The position numbers and the translations under genes were made by a program. The notes beneath the pieces were generated by a model, which worked only from the letters and a program-made list of their open reading frames with translations, was not told the origin of the DNA and searched no databases. A stretch of 43,029 nucleotides of DNA from Amoeboaphelidium occidentale (taxonomy: Eukaryota). Shown here in pieces: positions 37,826 through 43,029 of the stretch; position 1 is the first letter of the stretch; every line of letters begins with the position of its first letter. The stretch spans positions 1 to 43,029 of the forward strand of contig JALGPX010000094.1 in assembly GCA_023515795.1 (NCBI GenBank), written 5' to 3'.

Positions 37826-38435
37826 TCAGTACTTTCCGACAGCTTTCCAATGCTTCCTGGTTCTTGGAATGATACCAAATGCGATCGCGCGGTTCACAAG
37901 TTTGCGCATTTTGTGCTGCTCATCCTTGGTTAGTCCTGTTTCCCTCATACTCAGAAGCTGTCCTGAATGATTTACATGCTGAGACAAAAGCGCAACATTC
38001 TTGTATTCCTTAACAAAATCTAAACCAGATATCACAGACTTTCCTTTTGGTGCGCGTAGAGGCCTTTTCTCATCATTCTCTAATTGTTCCGGTGAGTAGA
38101 AGTCACCAGGCTGATATCTGTTCGCATAGAATACGCGGACTACAAAGAATTTAGTAATACAAACAGCGAAATACCTTTACGCAGAGCATTAGCACTGTTC
38201 CCAATAGACATTTTTGGTTCATTTCGTACGGAATTCACTGAGTCCAGTAGTTTTTCAAATTCATCTTTGCCTATGCAAGTTAAAGATTGGGGATTCAACA
38301 TGCGGCAATACCTTCTTGCTGTGGCTCTGCAGTTGATGATCTCGCTACCGGAGTAATAGAAAATGATCTGCTTGCTTGTGATATAGAATTATTAATTGGG
38401 AAATTCTCGTTAACACGGCGTAATGTTCGTAGCAT
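37826..38435 (-). CDS. RSM18: Mitochondrial ribosomal protein bS18m
   Basis: Presequence MLRTLRRV, two introns, and S18 core EYKNVALLSQHV...G.LL....TGL...QHKMRKLVNRAIAFGIIP. Confidence 0.88.
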
Positions 38436-38579
38436 TTTTCTCTGGTTCTTTTCCGTCGCTGGTTCGCTTGACAAAAAAAGCTTGCATATTTTGATTCCTT
38501 CAAATCTTCACGGAAAATTGAATGACCATTGCAAGGTTTCCTTTCCTTCACAGACGACTTATTCCTTGTTAGACCAGTC

Positions 38580-41298
38580 ATGAATTTCGGAGAGCTTTTT
38601 GCAAAAACTTTATCTTCTGGTAAATTTCCGCAAGTGGAATCTTATTTTGTTAGTCCATAAGGAGCGCGAAGAAGCCACCCGCCAGTTGGAACAGGCAGCT
38701 AAAGATAATTTGGTAATTTATGGATGAGTCATTCTTACGTTAGGCTGTCTATGCTGTTTGTTTAGTCAGGGAGTTGGTGAATGAGAATCAGCAAGTTGAT
38801 TTAAGAATCGCAGCTGGTTTGGCACTTAAGAATATTCTTACTGCGAGGGATTACAGCACCAGGCAAGTTAAACAACAAGGCTGGTTACAATTGCCGTCAG
38901 ATGCCAGGCTTGAGGTGAAGACTGCGTCACTCCAGACTTTGGCCTCTTCTCAATTGAGGGCATCTATGGCTGCGTCACAGGTACGCTTTCCTGGATTGTG
39001 TTGCATTAATTGAAAAGGTTATTGCCGCCATTGCAGCTGCGGAACTTCCGAATAATCAGTGGCCAGATTTGATTAACTTTTTGTTGCAGAACGTCACATC
39101 AGGTGAGGCGTCTGTCAATTTGAAACAATCGACTTTACAGACAATTGGTTTTATTTGTGAGGAAATTCCTTTAGAAATTCTTGAGACTCAGGCGAATAGC
39201 ATTCTTACTGCGATTATTCAAGGAGCGCGCAAAGAAGAGCAAAGGTTATTTTTGCTGGATTTGTGTTTTATGTTTTAGTGTTCAAGTGCGTTTGGCTGCG
39301 ATTAAGGCTCTTTCGAACTCATTGGATTTCATAAGGAAAAATTTTGAGAATCAGGGTGAGCGCGATTTTATTATGCAGGTTGTTTGTGAAGCAACGGCGG
39401 CTGGAAACGATGAATTGGCTGTTGCAGCTTTCGAGTGTCTTGTAAAGATTATTTCAACTTATTATGATAAAATGGGATACTATATGGAGCAGGCATTGTT
39501 TCAAATGACTATTAATGGTATGAAGAATAAGAATCCGGATATTGTGCTTCAAGCTGTTGAATTCTGGTCTAGCATTTGTGAGACAGAAAAGCTTTGTTTG
39601 GACGAAATGGAAGAAGCCAAAGAATTGGGAGAAGAACCGAAAATGGTTAGTTTATATTTCGCCATCAAAGCTCTACCAGAAATCGTTCCAACTTTACTTT
39701 GGTTACTTACCAAACAGGACGAAGATGCAGAAGAAGACGACTGGAATCCTTCTATGGCAGCTGGTTTATGTTTGTCCTTGTTTGCTGAATGTGTCAGAGA
39801 CCAGATTGTTGGCCAAGTAGTTCCTTTTGTTGAACAAAATATCAGAAATCAAGATTGGAGATACAGAGAAGCCGCTGTTATGGCGTTCGGTTCTATTCTT
39901 GATGGTCCAAGTAGCGAAATGATTGAACCATTAGTTGCTCAAGCTATTGCAGTAATTATTGAAATGATGAAGGATCCTGTTGTTCATGTTAAAGATACTG
40001 CAGCTTGGACATTGAGCAGAATATGCGAACTTCATCCTACTTGTATCGCTGAATCTGTTATTGAAGTTTTAGTATCATCATTACTGTCTGGACTGGAAGA
40101 CTCAACCCGTGTCGCTTATCATTGTGCATGGGCTCTAAGTCATTTGTCTCTGCACCTTGGAGTTAATGGAGAAGAATTACCAACATGTGCATTATCCCGA
40201 TATTTCGATCACATTGTGTCAGGTTTATTGAATGCTGCCAATAGGAATGATGCAACAGAGTCTAGTCTCAGAACTTCTGCTTACGAATCTTTGTCTGTTG
40301 TTATCTCAAATTCAGCTCATGATACCTTGCCTGTTATAGAAAGGATCATTGTTGTTACAGTAGAAAGATTGGAGGCATCAATTGACCTGGAAACTCAATT
40401 ATTAAGTACAGAAGATAAGGTCCACAATGCAGATCTGCAGACCAGTCTGAGCGGTATCATTCAAAGTGTAAGCAAGAAAGTTGGTAGAAGTATCTTGGGA
40501 ATTGCTGACCGCATCATGCGTGCATTCATGGTAATTCTGCAATCTTCAAACAAAAGCCCGACTGTGATGGAAGATGTTTTCTTATCTATAGGAACTTTGA
40601 TATCTGTGTTGGAAGCTGATTTTAGTCGTTATACTCAAGCATTTGTTCCTTTTGTCTATTCTGCTTTACAGAAACACGAAGAGCATCAGCTTTGTAGCAT
40701 CGCTGTTGGAATAGTAGGCGATCTTGCTAGGGCGCTGAATGACGGAATTCTTCCATTCTGTAATGACTTAATGGCTCTTCTGTTACAGAATTTACAGAGC
40801 GGAGAAGTTCACCGTGATGTTAAACCTGCAATAGTTTCATGCTTTGGGGATATTTCATTGGCAATTCAATCTAAATTTTCTGCATATCTTCCGCATGTTA
40901 TGGGTGTTTTAGAACAAGCAGCAACAATAACTGCACCTGAAAATGATTACGATATGATGGACTATGTGGATATTTTGAGAGAAAGCATACTAGAAGCATA
41001 CACTGGTTTAGTCCAGGGTTTCAAAGCAGACAATAAGCAAAATTTAATGCTTCCTTATATTCAACAAATGGTTGTACTAATTAACATAATTCAACAAGAC
41101 GCAAATGCATCTGAGCCTGTTATTCGCGGCGCTGTAGGTTTAATCGGTGATCTGGTTTCATCATTTGGAACTGATTGCAAGAATTATTTACTAAACGAAT
41201 GGGTCGAAAAGCTATTGAAAGACGCAAGATCTGGACGCATGTCAGCATCTACCAAAGAGACAGCTAAGTGGGCTAAAGGCTTGCTCAAGCAGCTTTAA
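38580..41298 (+). CDS. KAP95: Importin beta-1
   Basis: RIAAGLALKN, ERDFIMQVVCEAT, QAVEFWSSICE, EDDWNPSMAAG.CL and DWRYREAAVMAFGSILDGP. Four short introns. Confidence 0.97.
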
Positions 41299-41380
41299 AT
41301 AAATGCGATCAAAGTCCTCGCGTCCGGACTTTTCCATAGCAAACATCGGACTTCGTCAATATATCGTTTGAAACATCGAC

Positions 41381-41424
41381 GAAATTTATCTGGAGGTAAA
41401 CAGTAATATCTTCAGATAAATTTC
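41381..41424 (+). repeat. 18-bp inverted repeat / stem-loop
   Basis: GAAATTTATCTGGAGGTA (41381-41398) pairs with TATCTTCAGATAAATTTC (41407-41424), including two G-U pairs, around an 8-nt loop. Confidence 0.85.
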
Positions 41425-41499
41425 CTTTTCAGTAAAGGGGCTATCTGTACACAAAAGGCAAATCAAAGTAGAATCTCTGAAAGACTTATGAGCGCAAAA

Positions 41500-42054
41500 C
41501 GTGATCATGAAACACCGCATCAGATTTCATCGCCTTATGACTCTTGGAGAAAGATATGATAATCACAGAGGTGAAATTTTACATTCGCGTCAGGTAGTGG
41601 AACTAGATCTATGAGCTCAGGTTTCATGGATTCAAATTAACTCATGATCCATGTTCAGTGTGTCTTGGATGTTGTTTGAACTCACAAAAGCGTTCACAGG
41701 ACGCTCTGAGTGATTCGAAACTCAAACAGAAAAAGATGTATGAAGTTCATGGTAAAGTGATACTGACAGAGAAAATGAAACCGGATGTGATCAAGTTGAA
41801 GAAAGAGTTGGTAAAGAAGAAGCATCGATAGCTTTCTGAAAATACTCCAAGAAGCTCTTATCCTCTTGACATAATCCGAGAATGAAGGAACTAGAATTCT
41901 GAAGTGCAAAGACTACAAGACCTCAACTAGGTAGAATCTCGTTGTTAAAAATGATGTTTCAGCAGCTCTTTACATGGCAAATATCGCGATTCAAGTGAAC
42001 GGAGAAAAAGGGACTAAAAATATGTCTTTTTCTTTGGTAAAGCTTTACTTGTAG
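41500..42054 (+). pseudogene. Degraded relic resembling a Fanzor/TnpB C-terminus (Zn finger and RuvC-III)
   Basis: Stop-riddled frames contain, in order, RIRFHRLM, LRFHGFKL..CSVCLGC and ILKCKDYKT..*NLVVKNDVSAALYMANIA (compare the RD.NAA.N[IM] motif). Confidence 0.45.
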
Positions 42055-42145
42055 TGTACCATACAAAACAAGACCTTGAACCGAAATAAAAGAATAGAAT
42101 TTTTACAATTTTCGTGATCGGTTCAAATCCTTTTCATATCAGAAT

Positions 42146-43029
42146 ATGAAAAAGAAACGCAAACTACCTGATAAAGGTGACGAAGATTATGATCCTGATG
42201 TTGAGGATGATGTTGATTCCGAGCCCATGGGGGAACCTGAAGAGGAAGAGGAGGAAGATATGACCCCTATCCCAATGACGTCAATTGTAACTAGAAAGAC
42301 TGGACTTAGCTCCTTGATCCCGAATGAAATCCTGAGGACAAAGATAAGAGACATGGTTGATACAATGAATTTTATTCGCTATCATGGTTCCCGCCTTCTT
42401 AATCTCTATGTTCTGCAGATGTGCTCAGAACGGCGGGATTTGGGGTTGTTGACCTGTGGATTTGGAGGCAGTCTAAGGCACTTCTTTGTGGCAGTCTGTG
42501 ATAATTCTGCCAACATCCGTACCACTAGTCTTGATGAAGATGTTGCCCCTCTGGCTGAAATTTTTAGAAATAGGGCTTTTGAATCTGGTATAGAGTTTTC
42601 TTTGAATACTGGCATATCCAGCACTTTGAATAGTATGGTGGCGTCTTATGAGACCAATTTAATGAATTATATTACAACTACAACTGTTGGTAGAGTACGG
42701 AGGTGGTTAATGCACTTGTTGGAACTGGAATATCCGGATTGTTTCAAAGTCAAAAAACGGAGTACATCCGGGGCCAATTACTGTATTTCATCGTTGAGTG
42801 CACTTTTGGAAGAGAATAATGAGTTGCCTGAGCTTCCAGATATTCTAGAAAAGTTTGCAAAGAAACATGACAGGGCAAGAATCATGAGGGCTCTTAGAAC
42901 AGTGCATAGAATTTTAGTGGCCGAAACAGTAGAGAAAAAACTTTTTTTAGAACAGGAATTTTTGAAGGAATACTGGTACAAGTTTTTTTACCTACAGTAT
43001 CACATTCTTGAACACTTTACTAAGTACTC
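42146..43029 (+). CDS. Fanzor1-like RNA-guided endonuclease, N-terminal part (runs off the window)
   Basis: 294 uninterrupted codons with no stop before the window end. MKKKRK and an acidic tract, then TRKTGLSSLIPNEILRTKIRDMVDTMNFIRYHGSRLLNLYVL, STLNSMVASYETNLMNYITTTTVGRVRRWL and LKEYWYKFFYLQYHILE, resembling the Fanzor1 WED/REC region. RuvC is not in the window. Confidence 0.72.
   Translation, partial: MKKKRKLPDKGDEDYDPDVEDDVDSEPMGEPEEEEEEDMTPIPMTSIVTRKTGLSSLIPNEILRTKIRDMVDTMNFIRYHGSRLLNLYVLQMCSERRDLGLLTCGFGGSLRHFFVAVCDNSANIRTTSLDEDVAPLAEIFRNRAFESGIEFSLNTGISSTLNSMVASYETNLMNYITTTTVGRVRRWLMHLLELEYPDCFKVKKRSTSGANYCISSLSALLEENNELPELPDILEKFAKKHDRARIMRALRTVHRILVAETVEKKLFLEQEFLKEYWYKFFYLQYHILEHFTKY

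Overview
This is eukaryotic DNA from an extremely compact genome, most likely an early-diverging (chytrid-like) fungus. About 30 housekeeping genes lie on both strands, separated by 1-270 nt and interrupted by uniform ~31-55 nt introns. Several are of types better known from animals or flagellated eukaryotes: CHD1L/ALC1, a STRAD-like pseudokinase, an IQ-Sec7-PH Arf-GEF, PPP2R3C, FAM177 and SSSCA1. There are two accessory segments. One is a decayed Tc1-type (D34E) transposase at 11.3-12.4 kb. The other is the last 1.7 kb: a hairpin cluster, a degraded relic resembling a Fanzor/TnpB C-terminus, and an uninterrupted ORF (42146 to the window end, missing from the ORF track) resembling the N-terminal half of a Fanzor1 RNA-guided endonuclease. 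Family calls come from motif recognition by eye, not database searches. CDS coordinates span introns.
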